IMG/VR virus record: IMGVR_UViG_2049941000_000062
Length of the DNA stretch: 61,425 bases
Strand: one strand, 5' to 3'
From: an uncultured virus (IMG/VR IMGVR_UViG_2049941000_000062)
Lineage: Duplodnaviria > Heunggongvirae > Uroviricota > Caudoviricetes
Shown: positions 1-10,459 of the stretch, piece after piece
Position numbering within the stretch: position 1 is the stretch's first letter
Layout: each line of letters starts with the position of its first letter
Position numbers and translations under genes: made by a program
The notes under the pieces: generated by a model
What the model saw: the letters and a program-made list of their open reading frames with translations, nothing else
Told to the model about the DNA's origin: nothing
The model's database searches: none

Positions 1-1
1 T

Positions 2-219
2 AACGCCGAAGACACTATCGAAATGGCTCTAGAATCTATCCCAGACCGTGAGGACGTAGAAATTATCGTTATAGACGACGGCTCTACGGACAAGACCGCA
101 CAAATGGTACGAGAGTTTGGTAGAGCAAGGCTAATTCAGCATAAAAAGAACTACGGACTCGGCAAGGCTCTTAACACAGGCCTTAAAGAATCAACCGGCG
201 AGTATGTAGTTATGCTAGA
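2..219 (+). CDS. GT2 glycosyltransferase fragment (allele of 4989..5723)
   Basis: IVIDDGSTD motif; near-identical to 4989..5723; cut by window edge and N gap. Confidence 0.8.
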
Positions 220-229
220 NNNNNNNNNN

Positions 230-470
230 AGCTGGCTCTTGTGCCGTCTTTCGTGATTATAAGAGCGTCTAAGCGGTCTTTACGGCTAGATAGATACTTT
301 TCCATATAAACTCTAGAACGTGCGTCTAAAAAGCAAATACGAGGCTTTCTGCCCTTTCCTATAACCGTGAATACACCGTCTTTTATCGTATCCCGGTTGA
401 GTTGCACTAACTCAGACACCCGGATACCTGAAGCATACAAAATAGAGATGATAAACTTAGTCCTTATAAT
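230..470 (-). CDS. Tyrosine integrase, central fragment
   Basis: LYASGIRVSEL (catalytic Arg) and VIGKGRKPR; overlaps in sequence with the end of 37070..37549. Confidence 0.85.
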
Positions 471-555
471 NNNNNNNNNNTGCCCCAATGAATATATTAT
501 AGGGTAGCCAAAAGGTTATAACAAGACTTCTTATCTAAGAAGCCTTTTTTAGTGT

Positions 556-606
556 GTTTCTTCGGAGTCTGAACTTGCACTTCAACTCTAGGAGTATAAG
601 AAACGG
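556..606 (+). promoter_or_regulatory. Early-leader hairpin exposing the 23-nt sRNA target (allele A, 563..585)
   Basis: Flanks GTTTCTTCGGAG...CTCTAGGAGTA are shared with allele B (35798..35845, minus); variable loop is complementary to 38047..38069 minus. Confidence 0.7.
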
Positions 607-659
607 AGCGGAAGCCACCACTCATACAACTTAACAACTCGGAATAACAAAATTAAGAT

Positions 660-813
660 TCGTGGAGTCCGTAGACTCGACATAGGAAATGCACTTGACC
701 TAAATATATTCAACCATATTCGTTAGACCTGCACGTTAGCAGAAGTAGAACATTCTTCGCAATAACAATGAGTTTTAAGCAATTGGTTTATGCCGGGTCT
801 TCAGACTTCACGA
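660..813 (+). promoter_or_regulatory. Long-range leader stem before first early gene
   Basis: TCGTGGAGTC..AGACTCGACATA pairs with TATGCCGGGTCT..GACTTCACGA; equivalent covarying stem at 35507..35740 minus. Confidence 0.6.
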
Positions 814-831
814 GTAAAAGGAAGGAAAAAT

Positions 832-996
832 ATGAAGACAATTAAATTAACTATTTTAGCTATCCTGATCGTTATGTATCAGATAGCTTTATCAGACAAC
901 GGAATAGTCAAGGTTATCAGCTGGCTACTATTCATAGGCTTATTTATGGTGCTTGTAGCTAAATTGGAGAAACGTTATGGAATGGATCAACAGTAG
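832..996 (+). CDS. Small membrane protein, first early gene
   Basis: SD AAGGAAGG, two hydrophobic segments; homolog at 35330..35491 minus. Confidence 0.7.
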   Translation: MKTIKLTILAILIVMYQIALSDNGIVKVISWLLFIGLFMVLVAKLEKRYGMDQQ

Positions 997-1219
997 CAAC
1001 AAGGAATACTACATCAAACTAATGGCTCGACACTACAAACACACTAAGACCGAAGAAGAAATCAGAAAGGAAGTCGAAGACGACCCTACGGTTCTAGAAG
1101 GTTTTATGGAGTTCTTAGCGGACGGCGGAAAGGTTGGCTTATGAGTAAACTAGGTAGACTAATTATCGAAAAAATGGAAGAAGAAGAATTAACAACTGAG
1201 GAAATCTTAGAGAAAGGAC

Positions 1220-1750
1220 TTGACTATGAAGACAGTAGATATTAAAGGCAAAGCCTATGTAGAGGTTAACGAGAGAGTTAAACACTTCAGGGCTAACTAC
1301 AAAGACTGGGCTATCGAAACAGAGCTTCTATCAAACGATAACGGAGTATGTGTTTTCAAGGCAACAGTTAAAGACCCAGAAGGAGTGGTAAAGGCTACCG
1401 GCCACGCTTACGAGAACGAAGGTAGCACGTTTATTAACAAGACTAGCTATATCGAGAACTGCGAAACATCAGCAGTCGGTAGAGCTTTAGGTATGCTCGG
1501 TATCGGTATAGATACATCTATCGCAAGCTCAGACGAAGTTCAGAACGCTATGCAGAACCAGGGAGGTAAACCTGGAACCGACAAAGGTATCAACTTTACA
1601 GAGCTTAGAGAGAAATACTCAAAGTTCACTATCGAAGAACTCCGCAAGGAATACAAAGAGGTTCAAGAGTATCCTGGCTGGAGCGACAAGCAACGTGAGG
1701 CAGTCTTGAATATCATCTCAAGAGCTGTGGAGGCTAAGAAAAATGGATAG
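1220..1750 (+). CDS. Putative ssDNA-annealing protein (Rad52/Sak-like)
   Basis: ENCETSAVGRALG motif; occupies the same slot as the ERF gene of the other allele. Confidence 0.6.
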   Translation: MTMKTVDIKGKAYVEVNERVKHFRANYKDWAIETELLSNDNGVCVFKATVKDPEGVVKATGHAYENEGSTFINKTSYIENCETSAVGRALGMLGIGIDTSIASSDEVQNAMQNQGGKPGTDKGINFTELREKYSKFTIEELRKEYKEVQEYPGWSDKQREAVLNIISRAVEAKKNG

Positions 1751-1902
1751 CTACAAAGAATATCAGAAGGAATTGCTCCAGATCGAGAGCAACCTTCTGG
1801 AACGNNNNNNNNNNTGGAACGCTATCCAGAGCAAGAAGAAGGAATACAGCTTGCTCTAGCCTACGCATTATACGAGGCTAAAAAGCATTTTAACAAGTAA
1901 TA

Positions 1903-2296
1903 TTCGGTGGTGCTGCTAATTCGTGCGGTGCAGCTAAGTGGAAGGCATATCGAAGCCACCAAATCTTCATAAATGGGGTTTCACGCACCCAGCTCACGCT
2001 GCGAAACCCCTACCTTCCAAGATAAGCGGATATAACAAACTACGAGGTTCGCTTATCCTAGCGAGTGTGTAAGCATAAGTTACTCCAAAATCACTTATCC
2101 AAAATCAGGCCACTTACACGCTCACTAGGTGCTAGGTTAGCAGTTTACCCTAGCACTTAACCCACACTCATTCGACTCTGATACGTTTGCTATTTATCAG
2201 AGCCGGACGGGNNNNNNNNNNAGAAATTATCCCGCCCACCCAAATTCTCGGTTCATCTGGACGCTCGAACACTTGTTGAGAGGTGTTCGAGGGTTC
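1903..2296 (+). ncRNA. ~400-nt multi-stem structured RNA, allele A
   Basis: Non-coding; at least 7 stems with compensatory changes versus 33950..34374; invariant 29-nt core at 1930..1958. Confidence 0.75.
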
Positions 2297-2317
2297 GAAA
2301 AGGAGGTAAAGAGAGGT

Positions 2318-2488
2318 ATGAAGACAAAAAAGAAGAAAAATATCAACCCTTACGACTACGAGTATGAGGACTTTACACCAGGGTTCTGGTTTGGAATCGT
2401 AGCCGTAGCTATACTCGGTGGCCTTGCAGTCGTAGCGTTAGGTGCTGCTATTGCTGTGGTTATTAAGTGTATCGGAGGTGCTTTATGA
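2318..2488 (+). CDS. Small membrane protein
   Basis: SD AAGGAGG/GAGG; homolog at 33760..33930 minus. Confidence 0.65.
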   Translation: MKTKKKKNINPYDYEYEDFTPGFWFGIVAVAILGGLAVVALGAAIAVVIKCIGGAL

Positions 2489-2554
2489 GCGATGTAGACG
2501 AAGCTGCACGCTGGTATTGCAACCACGAAATGACGGCAGTAGGAGGGGAAGAAG

Positions 2555-2830
2555 ATGAAAATTAACACTCAGAATATGCGAGACAAAATCGAGGCTCTAG
2601 TTAAGTCCGATCCAGAACTCGCAAACGATGATAAAAGACTTATCGCCACTATATGGTGGCAAGAAGGCTGGAGAGATCCAGAACTACTAGCGAATCTTAA
2701 AAAAGTGTCTAGCCCAGAAACTATCAGAAGAACTAGGGCAAAGCTCGTAGAAGAAGGAGTTATCACTCCGTCCGAGAAGACACAAGAGGCTCGCTACCAA
2801 GACTATAAACAAGCAAGAATGGCTATTTAG
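2555..2830 (+). CDS. Conserved phage hypothetical protein (PETIRRTRAKL)
   Basis: Homolog at 33455..33733. Confidence 0.75.
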   Translation: MKINTQNMRDKIEALVKSDPELANDDKRLIATIWWQEGWRDPELLANLKKVSSPETIRRTRAKLVEEGVITPSEKTQEARYQDYKQARMAI

Positions 2831-2947
2831 GAGGCAAGAAATGAGAACAACAAATAGGTGGGCTAGCAGGTATGGAGATGCGTTTATCTCACTACCAAGC
2901 ATTATAGAGCAGTCGGGGTTAACGTATGAAGAATTGGAGGTAAGATA

Positions 2948-3145
2948 ATGAGCGGAACAAAAGCAGGCGGTCTTAAAGCGGCCGCAACTAACAAGGCAAA
3001 ATATGGCGAGGACTTCTACCGTATTCAAGGAGCAAAAGGTGGACGCAACGGCCACACAGGAGGCTTCGCAGCTAACCCAGAGCTTGCAAGAATTGCAGGC
3101 AAGAAGGGTGGAGCTATCTCAAAGAGGAGAAGGGCTGAAAAATGA
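2948..3145 (+). CDS. KGG-repeat (stress-induced acidophilic repeat-like) protein
   Basis: GAKGG / AGKKGG repeats; homolog at 33020..33349. Confidence 0.75.
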   Translation: MSGTKAGGLKAAATNKAKYGEDFYRIQGAKGGRNGHTGGFAANPELARIAGKKGGAISKRRRAEK

Positions 3146-3300
3146 GTAGAGAAAAGTATTCGCTCTTAGAAATCGTTAAAAACCGTGGTATCTCGCAGAA
3201 GATGTATCGAAGCCTTAGCCGTGAGATTAACGATAAAAAAGAAGAAAAGCGCAGGCAGAAACTAATTGAAAGCTTGCAAGAGGTACAGGAGGATAAATAA

Positions 3301-3714
3301 ATGTTAGTGATTTTAAGTATTTTATTTGTAGCAGTTATAGCAGGAGCAATTATGTCCTGGAAAAATGACGAGAGCGAGTTGACCTTTTTGCTTGTAGTTG
3401 TGGGGGTAATTGTGGGTATGGCTACTATACCTGGCTTAGTAAATATCTCGTTTGGAGAAAGCACATATACAGGTTACATCTACTCTGCAGAGAACGTCTT
3501 AAATATGACAGTCGGGCGTATTCGTTTCTCAGAAAATGCAGGTGCAGACGAACAGCCTAGCTTCTGCACCGTAAAAGGTTCAGAGCAAGCTAAAAAACTT
3601 AAAGAGTTAGCTGGTAGCGGAAAGAAAGTTGTTGTTACAGTCCCAGAGGGGTTTGTGTTAAATAACTGGTACGGACAATGCGGTCTCCCAGCTGTTATCG
3701 AGGAGGCAGAATGA
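3301..3714 (+). CDS. Membrane protein, hypothetical
   Basis: SD GGAGG, two N-terminal hydrophobic segments. Confidence 0.65.
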   Translation: MLVILSILFVAVIAGAIMSWKNDESELTFLLVVVGVIVGMATIPGLVNISFGESTYTGYIYSAENVLNMTVGRIRFSENAGADEQPSFCTVKGSEQAKKLKELAGSGKKVVVTVPEGFVLNNWYGQCGLPAVIEEAE

Positions 3715-3944
3715 TATTCGGCAAAAGAAAACGCACCTATGTAGACCCAGTAGAGCAGACGTTCAACATTATGATTAAACTTATCAAAGACTTGCCTAAA
3801 GCAGACTATAACCGTCTTAAAAAGGCTATGGACGCTGGCTACCAGAGCTATCAAATCGTTCGCAACGTCAAGACGGACGATGAGCGAGAGAACGCAGATA
3901 TTGACGAATCAGACAGGATATTAACGAAAGAGAGTGGTAAATGA
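3711..3944 (+). CDS. Conserved hypothetical protein
   Basis: Homolog at 32710..32869 minus; ATGA overlap with upstream gene. Confidence 0.7.
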   Translation: MIFGKRKRTYVDPVEQTFNIMIKLIKDLPKADYNRLKKAMDAGYQSYQIVRNVKTDDERENADIDESDRILTKESGK

Positions 3945-5002
3945 TCCTAGTCCGTTCAGAAGTAGAGTTTATAGATATTCGAAATAACAACCAGCTCAGA
4001 AAAGAGGGGGAGGTCTTCGAAGTATCTTATGCACGCCTACTCGAACTAAAAAAGAATGGAGTCAAGGTAAAGGTTATCAGAGTTGATTATCTAGGACGCA
4101 AGAAAAAGACAGGCCCTAAGGTTATGTTCTTCCAGAAATTGCTTTATGTAATTGGAGGAATTGAAACCTGGGGCCTTACTCTCGCTAAACTATACGAAGA
4201 CAGGGATATAACCTTCGTATTCTCTGAGGCAGACGACATTCAACTTATGGAGTTCGCCAAGTATTGTAACGTAGTCGTAGACGACGGACAGAGCCACTAC
4301 AAGTGCGACGTTCTTATATCTTCAAACTACGACGGTGGAGCTATCATTCTAGACCGTGTAGAAGCGAAGAAAAGGTATCAGACTATCCACTCAGACTTCG
4401 AGGCTATCAAGAAGTGTTATGGCTGGCATAACTTCAAGCTTGATATAGNNNNNNNNNNTAAGAACGAGTTTGGCTACGATTCGACTATTATTACTAACCC
4501 CCTGCTACCACTCGGAGAAAAGCCTCTAATTCTTTTAACTCTCTCTAGAGCAAGCGAAGAAAAAGGCTTCTGGCGAATGGTATCTATGGCTAAAAGGTTG
4601 GAAGGTGCAGGCAAACCGTTTATCTGGCTCGTAGCTTCAACCTTATGTGTAGCACCAAAAGACTTGCAGAAGGCAATTAAGTCTATCCCTGAAATGATAG
4701 AAGTAGAGCCACAGTTTTACACTAAGCAGTTGCTACATATTGCAGACTACTGCGTCCAGTTATCTGATACTGAGGCTTATTGCTATTCCATACACGAAAG
4801 TCTTGCTACCGGCGTTCCGGTTATCGCTACCGAGTTCGACCAGGCTAAGAAGATTATCAAAGACGGAGAGAACGGTTATCTCTTAAAGTTCGACTTATCT
4901 AACCTTGACGTTAACAAGATATTTAACAAAAGGCCTACTGGTTTCAAGTACGAAGAAAAGCCAAGCCCACTATGGGAGAAGGTTCTAAATGGTACGCTAT
5001 AA
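3941..5002 (+). CDS. GT4-like (glycos_transf_1) glycosyltransferase
   Basis: GGIETW; EAYCYSIHESLATGVPVIAT (EX7E); DGENGYL; spans one gap. Confidence 0.85.
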   Translation: MILVRSEVEFIDIRNNNQLRKEGEVFEVSYARLLELKKNGVKVKVIRVDYLGRKKKTGPKVMFFQKLLYVIGGIETWGLTLAKLYEDRDITFVFSEADDIQLMEFAKYCNVVVDDGQSHYKCDVLISSNYDGGAIILDRVEAKKRYQTIHSDFEAIKKCYGWHNFKLDIXXXXKNEFGYDSTIITNPLLPLGEKPLILLTLSRASEEKGFWRMVSMAKRLEGAGKPFIWLVASTLCVAPKDLQKAIKSIPEMIEVEPQFYTKQLLHIADYCVQLSDTEAYCYSIHESLATGVPVIATEFDQAKKIIKDGENGYLLKFDLSNLDVNKIFNKRPTGFKYEEKPSPLWEKVLNGTL

Positions 5003-5723
5003 GGTTTCAGTTATTATGGCGGCTTATAACGCCGAAGACACTATCGAAATGGCTCTCAACTCTATCCCAGACCGTGATGACGTGGAGATCATCGTAGTAA
5101 ACGACGGCTCTACGGACAAGACGGCCCAGAAGGTCAGAGATTTCGGCCGTGCTAGGTTGATCCAGCACAAAAAGNNNNNNNNNNATGACGTAGAGATCAT
5201 CGTAGTAGACGACGGCTCTACGGACAAGACGGCCCAGAAGGTCAGAGAGTTCGGTAGAGCAAAACTAATTCAGCACAAAAAGAACTACGGACTCGGCAAA
5301 GCCCTTAACACAGGCCTTAAAGAATCAACCGGCGAGTATGTAGTTATGCTAGACGCTGATGACGACTTCTACCCTGTTATCTTCGAGGAAATTATGGAAG
5401 ATCTAGACGGCACAGATTTAGTTTATTTCAACCTTATCACAAACGACGGTACTATCTTCGATCTAACGCCAAACTCTAGAGATATTTACTGCGGACAAAC
5501 CAAGTTTATACGAAAAGAGTTTATCGGAGATGCCAAGTACGACGAATCAGCTCCGATAGCTGAAGACGTTTCATTCTGGAATGAGTTAAAAGAAAAGAAC
5601 CCGACTGAGAAATACACAGGTCTTGTCGTTAAGCACTACAACTCACCAAGAGAAGGTAGTTTAACTTGGAGAAGACAGCAAGGCGAGTTTAACGATTATT
5701 TAAGAGAGAAAGGCGAGTTATGA
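4989..5723 (+). CDS. GT2 glycosyltransferase
   Basis: VSVIMAAYN, DDGSTD, LDADD; internal duplication at a gap is an assembly artefact. Confidence 0.85.
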   Translation: MVRYKVSVIMAAYNAEDTIEMALNSIPDRDDVEIIVVNDGSTDKTAQKVRDFGRARLIQHKKXXXXDVEIIVVDDGSTDKTAQKVREFGRAKLIQHKKNYGLGKALNTGLKESTGEYVVMLDADDDFYPVIFEEIMEDLDGTDLVYFNLITNDGTIFDLTPNSRDIYCGQTKFIRKEFIGDAKYDESAPIAEDVSFWNELKEKNPTEKYTGLVVKHYNSPREGSLTWRRQQGEFNDYLREKGEL

Positions 5724-6370
5724 AAGTTAGCATCATTATTCCAATCTACAATAGGTTGCACTCTACAATTAAGCTCCTAAGCAAACTAGACGACCAACTA
5801 GACCTCTGGAGGGATAGCGTACAGGTTATCTGTATTAACGACGGTTCAAAAGAAGAACTAGAATGCGAGAAGGCTGTTGAAGGTTTATGCCAGGCGTTTG
5901 GTTTCGAATACTACAAACAGAAGAACATCGGTGGAGCTGCTACTTGTAACAAAGGTATCGAGAAGGTCAAAGGCGACTACTTTACCTTCATCGACTGCGA
6001 TGACGATATAACAGACGACTACATACAAAATATCTTCTCGGAGCTAGGCGATAACGAACATCTTATTGCTTATAAGTGGTACTTCAAAGAGCCTAGAGAA
6101 CTAGGAGAGTGGCACGATAAGCCGTATGTTAACTGGAATGTTTGGAGTTATCTATTTAGAACAGATTATTTTAGCGAGTTCAAGTTTGACGAAAATATTA
6201 ACGTCGGTTGGGACTATGACTTCGTGCATAGGTCGATAGGGTCTAAACCTGATATGTATATCAGATACGTTCCAACTAAGGCGCTAGTTATTTACGATAG
6301 CGAAAACCCACAGAGCATAACAAATATGTTCCACCGTGGAGAAATTAAAGCAAGAAAGGACGACAAATGA
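5720..6370 (+). CDS. GT2 glycosyltransferase
   Basis: VSIIIPIYN, NDGS, FIDCDD. Confidence 0.85.
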   Translation: MKVSIIIPIYNRLHSTIKLLSKLDDQLDLWRDSVQVICINDGSKEELECEKAVEGLCQAFGFEYYKQKNIGGAATCNKGIEKVKGDYFTFIDCDDDITDDYIQNIFSELGDNEHLIAYKWYFKEPRELGEWHDKPYVNWNVWSYLFRTDYFSEFKFDENINVGWDYDFVHRSIGSKPDMYIRYVPTKALVIYDSENPQSITNMFHRGEIKARKDDK

Positions 6371-6566
6371 AAGCAGACATACTTATCGGAAAAGAGTGGT
6401 CTATCAACACTAAGAGAGACTACAAGAAGTTCCCGTGGAGTGTCTACAAGAGCCTGCGTGTAAAGTGGCTCAAAAAGAACCTTCCAAAAATCACTAAGAA
6501 ACAGATGAAACTAGAGCGAGAGTTAGCAGACTGGTTTCAACTTGAGAACTACGAGGAGAGGCACAG

Positions 6567-6764
6567 ATGACAATTAGAATATCAGGTGGCGGTCTTATCA
6601 CAATTCAGATCGTGCTAATTATATTAAAGCTCACAAACGTTATTGACTGGAGCTGGTGGCTAGTATTATTGCCAGCGTTATTGCCGGTAGCGTTGGTGGT
6701 TCTAGCCTTTTTAACAGTTATAGTAGCTCTAGCCTGTGGGGTTAGCGTAGGAGAAGAAGAATGA
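6567..6764 (+). CDS. Small membrane protein
   Basis: LKLTNVIDWSWWLVLLP, typical phage transmembrane protein. Confidence 0.65.
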   Translation: MTIRISGGGLITIQIVLIILKLTNVIDWSWWLVLLPALLPVALVVLAFLTVIVALACGVSVGEEE

Positions 6765-7172
6765 AAGAATCAGACTTGCAAGTTCAAGTGGCAGACTATC
6801 TTAGACTGCGTTATCCAGACGTTCAATTCCACTCTGACTTCGGCTCTGGTATCAAGCTTACAAAAGGTCAGGCTATGAAACAGTATAGGCAGAATGGTGG
6901 CCGCAGAGGTTGGCCCGACCTATTTATAGCTGAGCCTAAAATCAGACCGGGCTTTGATGATACTTGGAAATATGAGAGCTTAGGTCTATTTATCGAGCTT
7001 AAAGCAAAAGGTGTCCGACTCAAGAAGAAAGACGGTACTTGGGCTTCTACACATCTTGAAGAACAGAACGAGGTGTTGAATAAGCTCCAGAGGAAGGGCT
7101 ATGCCGCCTATTTTGCAGTAGGGTTCGAGGAAGCTAAACAGATTATAGATGACTATCTAGGAAATAACGAGT
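6761..7172 (+). CDS. VRR-NUC family nuclease
   Basis: ESDLQ...GWPDLFI...FIELK; end lies in a gap; homolog at 30848..31195. Confidence 0.8.
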
Positions 7173-7182
7173 NNNNNNNNNN

Positions 7183-7638
7183 GCATTCCATACGAAATCG
7201 CAGACTATGTAGAAATCGACAAGTATGCAGTAAAGAGCTTCAATGCTATTCACGGAACGAACTTCGAGCCACAAGATATTAAAGAATGGGACAAGGATAT
7301 AGAAGCAGACCTTATTATGCACGGTTCGCCTTGTCAGGACTTCTCCGTAGCTGGTAAAGGTGCAGGCGGAGATAAAGATTCTGGCACACGTTCTAGCCTT
7401 ATGTATGAAACACTACGTATCGTAGAGAAAATCAAACCAAAGTATGTAATATGGGAGAACGTCAAAAACCTACTCTCGAAGAAACATATTCATAACTTCG
7501 AAGCCTATCAAGAAGCTATGAGAGAGCTAGGGTACACTAACTACTACCAAGTTCTGAATGCTAAAGACTACGGTATTCCACAGAACAGAGAGAGAGAGTC
7601 TTTACTGTGAGTATCAGAGACGACCATAAGCAGACAGT
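7183..7638 (+). CDS. C5 cytosine methyltransferase N-terminal part, frameshifted at (AG)6
   Basis: GSPCQ, WENV and PQNRER motifs; removing one AG restores RVFTVSIR. Confidence 0.85.
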
Positions 7639-7837
7639 NNNNNNNNNNATGCGAAAACTTAAGGAGGAATAATGAACCAAAAACATACGCTAGCAGCAAT
7701 TGCAATTCAATTAGAAAGAATTGGAAATTTAATGGCAGAAGATATGAAAAGCAGAGGGTTAGGAGTAGAAGTTGAAGCGGTAAACCAAAAAGCAGAAGAA
7801 ACAGCACACAGTTATCTAGTCAAGTGCNNNNNNNNNN

Positions 7838-7968
7838 CTAGGCGCTACATATTTAAGAGGCCATTTGAGCTTGTCTCTTTCTACCACTAAGCGAATCATA
7901 GTTTGGAAGTCTGCAGGGACTTGGAGTTCTCCAGAGTCGATAGTTTCGTAGTTGTATGTTTTCTCAAA
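7838..7968 (-). CDS. Fragment of head-tail adaptor gene
   Basis: Translates to FEKTYNYETIDSGELQVPADFQTM, matching 60311..60976. Confidence 0.7.
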
Positions 7969-8648
7969 NNNNNNNNNNCTATCTATCTGAAGATAGACTA
8001 GACGTTATTTATAAGTGGGAGCAAAGGCAGAAAGAAAATGGTCGAGGTTTCAGATTCGATGTTAAGAATGGAGATTCAGTAGGCCGAGCAGTTACCACAG
8101 GCAGCGATAGACCAGCAGAAACGAACTATGTAGCCGTTAGAACCGCTAACAAAAAAGGATACGATCTAGCACAAGACGGAGATTCTATCGACCTAGNNNN
8201 NNNNNNAAAATGAGATTAAAGAAAGAAGAAAAAGAGTTTATCAAGGCTTGGGCTGGCTTATACAAAGCTCCGTTAGATACTACGGTAGTTAAAGGAATGG
8301 ACGGTCATATTAACTTTGGCAACCACTCTTGGTTCTGGTTGGCTGGCAAGTTCAATGGCCTTAAAGAAGGTAAAACTTATACAATAGAGGAGCTAATAAA
8401 ATGAAATCGGAAATAGGTGTAAAGAAATTTCGTGGGGTTGAACCAATAAATGCGCTTATCGTAACGGTGTTGGAAGGCTGNNNNNNNNNNGCTATTATGA
8501 TTAACCAGTATAAGTTGGCTAAGAGTGATAAGCCTGGTAGCACTAAAGCAGCAGAGTTCGTGAGAGATACCAAAGGTGAAGCTCCAAACAAGAATGAGAT
8601 TAGTTTCAACGGTATCGAGAGTATAACTATCAACTTTGGGAAGGATAA

Positions 8649-8840
8649 ATGATGACCTGTATCTCTGGCAAGAAAGAATATCCTACATTCTGGGCGGCAA
8701 ACAGAGAGAACCAAAAGAAGGTGCGAGAACATTGTGTAGAAATGGACGTATACAAGTGCAAGTTCTGTAACCAGTGGCACTTAACCGGCCATAACCGCAC
8801 AAGAGAAAAACAATTAAGGAGGTTAAACAAATGGAAGTAG
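8649..8840 (+). CDS. Small Cys/His (zinc-binding-like) protein upstream of TerL
   Basis: YKCKFCNQWHLT; near-identical copy at 26924..27112. Confidence 0.75.
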   Translation: MMTCISGKKEYPTFWAANRENQKKVREHCVEMDVYKCKFCNQWHLTGHNRTREKQLRRLNKWK

Positions 8841-9150
8841 AGGTAAACTTCCCTGAGGCTTACGAAGAAGCGGTAAAGCATATCATCGCTAGGGATAGGC
8901 GCTATATTGTCGAGGAGTCAGGTCGTGCAGGTGGTAAGACTAAGAACATCGCACAGGCGCTTATTTTAGCGGCTATGCAAGATAGACTTCGTATCTGCCC
9001 TGCTCGTGAGTACGAGAACACTACAACAGAGTCAGTCAAGCAGGCTCTAGTATCGGTTATCCAAGAAAAAGAGCTACCAGGCTGGACTATCCAAGATAAG
9101 AAACTTAAGTTCGCTAACGGCTCGGAAATCTTCTTCAAAGGTCTTAGAAC
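8831..9150 (+). CDS. terL: Terminase large subunit N-terminal fragment
   Basis: ESGRAGGKT Walker A; matches 23781..25166. Confidence 0.85.
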
Positions 9151-9161
9151 NNNNNNNNNNT

Positions 9162-9335
9162 AAGCTCACTCCGAAAGAATGTTGGAGACTTATGGGCTTT
9201 GATGATTCGGACTTCGAGAAAGCCGAGAAGGTTAACAGCAGTAGCCAACTTTACAAGCAAGCTGGAAACTCTATCGTAGTGAATGTGCTTGAAGGTATCC
9301 TAAAGAATCTATTGGAGAACGAATATGGACGATAA
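9162..9335 (+). CDS. C5 methyltransferase C-terminal fragment
   Basis: KLTPKECWRLMGF and YKQAGNSIVV (motifs IX/X). Confidence 0.8.
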   Translation, partial: KLTPKECWRLMGFDDSDFEKAEKVNSSSQLYKQAGNSIVVNVLEGILKNLLENEYGR

Positions 9336-9514
9336 CATCGAAGTATTCAGAATGAGCGATATTATGGACGGGCAACCAACAGAGTTTGTTACACAAGCGA
9401 GATACGAAGAAATAATAAGGCTAAACAAGAAAGGTGGAAAGAATGGCGAACGAACAAAATCTGATACCGTTTAACCAACTAACCGAGAGTGAACGCAGAG
9501 AGTTNNNNNNNNNN

Positions 9515-9752
9515 AGTTGCCATTAACGTCAATACCAACCGAGTTTCCGGCGAACTTGCCACTTGTTAGGCTAGAGGAAATGCTCACGTTCTCGAAGTAA
9601 GTTCCTTGTGGAACGTCAACCGTCGCCGTGTACCTGTATGCGGTAGAGCCGTCAGGGATAGACTTAGACGGTACAGAGAGCGATATGGTATATCTCCCCT
9701 TCATCTTGGCTGCTGTATAGTCTGAATTTACGATAAATCTATTGAGTTTCAT
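9515..9752 (-). CDS. Minor tail protein fragment
   Basis: Homolog at 56792..57178. Confidence 0.6.
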
Positions 9753-10459
9753 ACCTCATCTCCGAAAATCATATACTTATATGTGATGCTATCGCCGTAT
9801 TGGTTGCAAGCTCCGAACTTCACGTTCGTAGTATCGGCGGTCACTCCAAGCAATCCACCAGGGTATTGGGCATTGGATGTAGGGGCAAGGATATTCCAGT
9901 CAATAGAATAATCGTCGAATGGCGAAGTTTGCCTTTGCCACCAAGCTCTGGCCTGTGGCACATAACCGAGGTTGTGAGCAACATTTTTAGTGCTATTGTC
10001 AGGAACTGATATAGTGCCACTCTGGAAAAGCTTAGGGTAGTTAAACTCTGAGTTAAGCGTAAAGTGAGTGGTATCGCCGAGAGTATTGTTATAGTCACCT
10101 GTGTAATCTGGTGGTAAAAAGGCAAAGATTCTAAAATAGAATGTCTTTGTGCTTTCAGCGGTATGCTCGGCTGATAGCCTAATATGGGTGGAGTCAGCGC
10201 CAGCAATGATAGTTAAATCAGGTCTAGTGCCAGTAAATATCGGCATATCGTTCGCAAGGTCGTACGCAGGTTGGAAGTTAGCATTTGTAGACCATTGACC
10301 GATAATACACGGTGTAAATGGTAGACCGTGAGCAACGGACTTATGCGCAGCACTAAAATACTGCCCAACAGGTACGGTCAGGCTAGTTTCCATTTTCCAC
10401 ACCAAGATAGGAATAGGGTAGTCTGATGTAAGCATAAACTTGCGAGCGTCTTGAGCCAT
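9749..10459 (-). CDS. Putative tail protein (HGLPFTP/HNLGYVP repeats)
   Basis: Homolog at 57181..57846; tail module position. Confidence 0.65.
   Translation of the reverse strand: MAQDARKFMLTSDYPIPILVWKMETSLTVPVGQYFSAAHKSVAHGLPFTPCIIGQWSTNANFQPAYDLANDMPIFTGTRPDLTIIAGADSTHIRLSAEHTAESTKTFYFRIFAFLPPDYTGDYNNTLGDTTHFTLNSEFNYPKLFQSGTISVPDNSTKNVAHNLGYVPQARAWWQRQTSPFDDYSIDWNILAPTSNAQYPGGLLGVTADTTNVKFGACNQYGDSITYKYMIFGDEV

Noticed and set aside
2356..3854. Antisense ORFs overlapping early genes (and similar shadow ORFs elsewhere)
   Set aside because: Opposite strand of well-supported genes, no SD, not conserved between alleles
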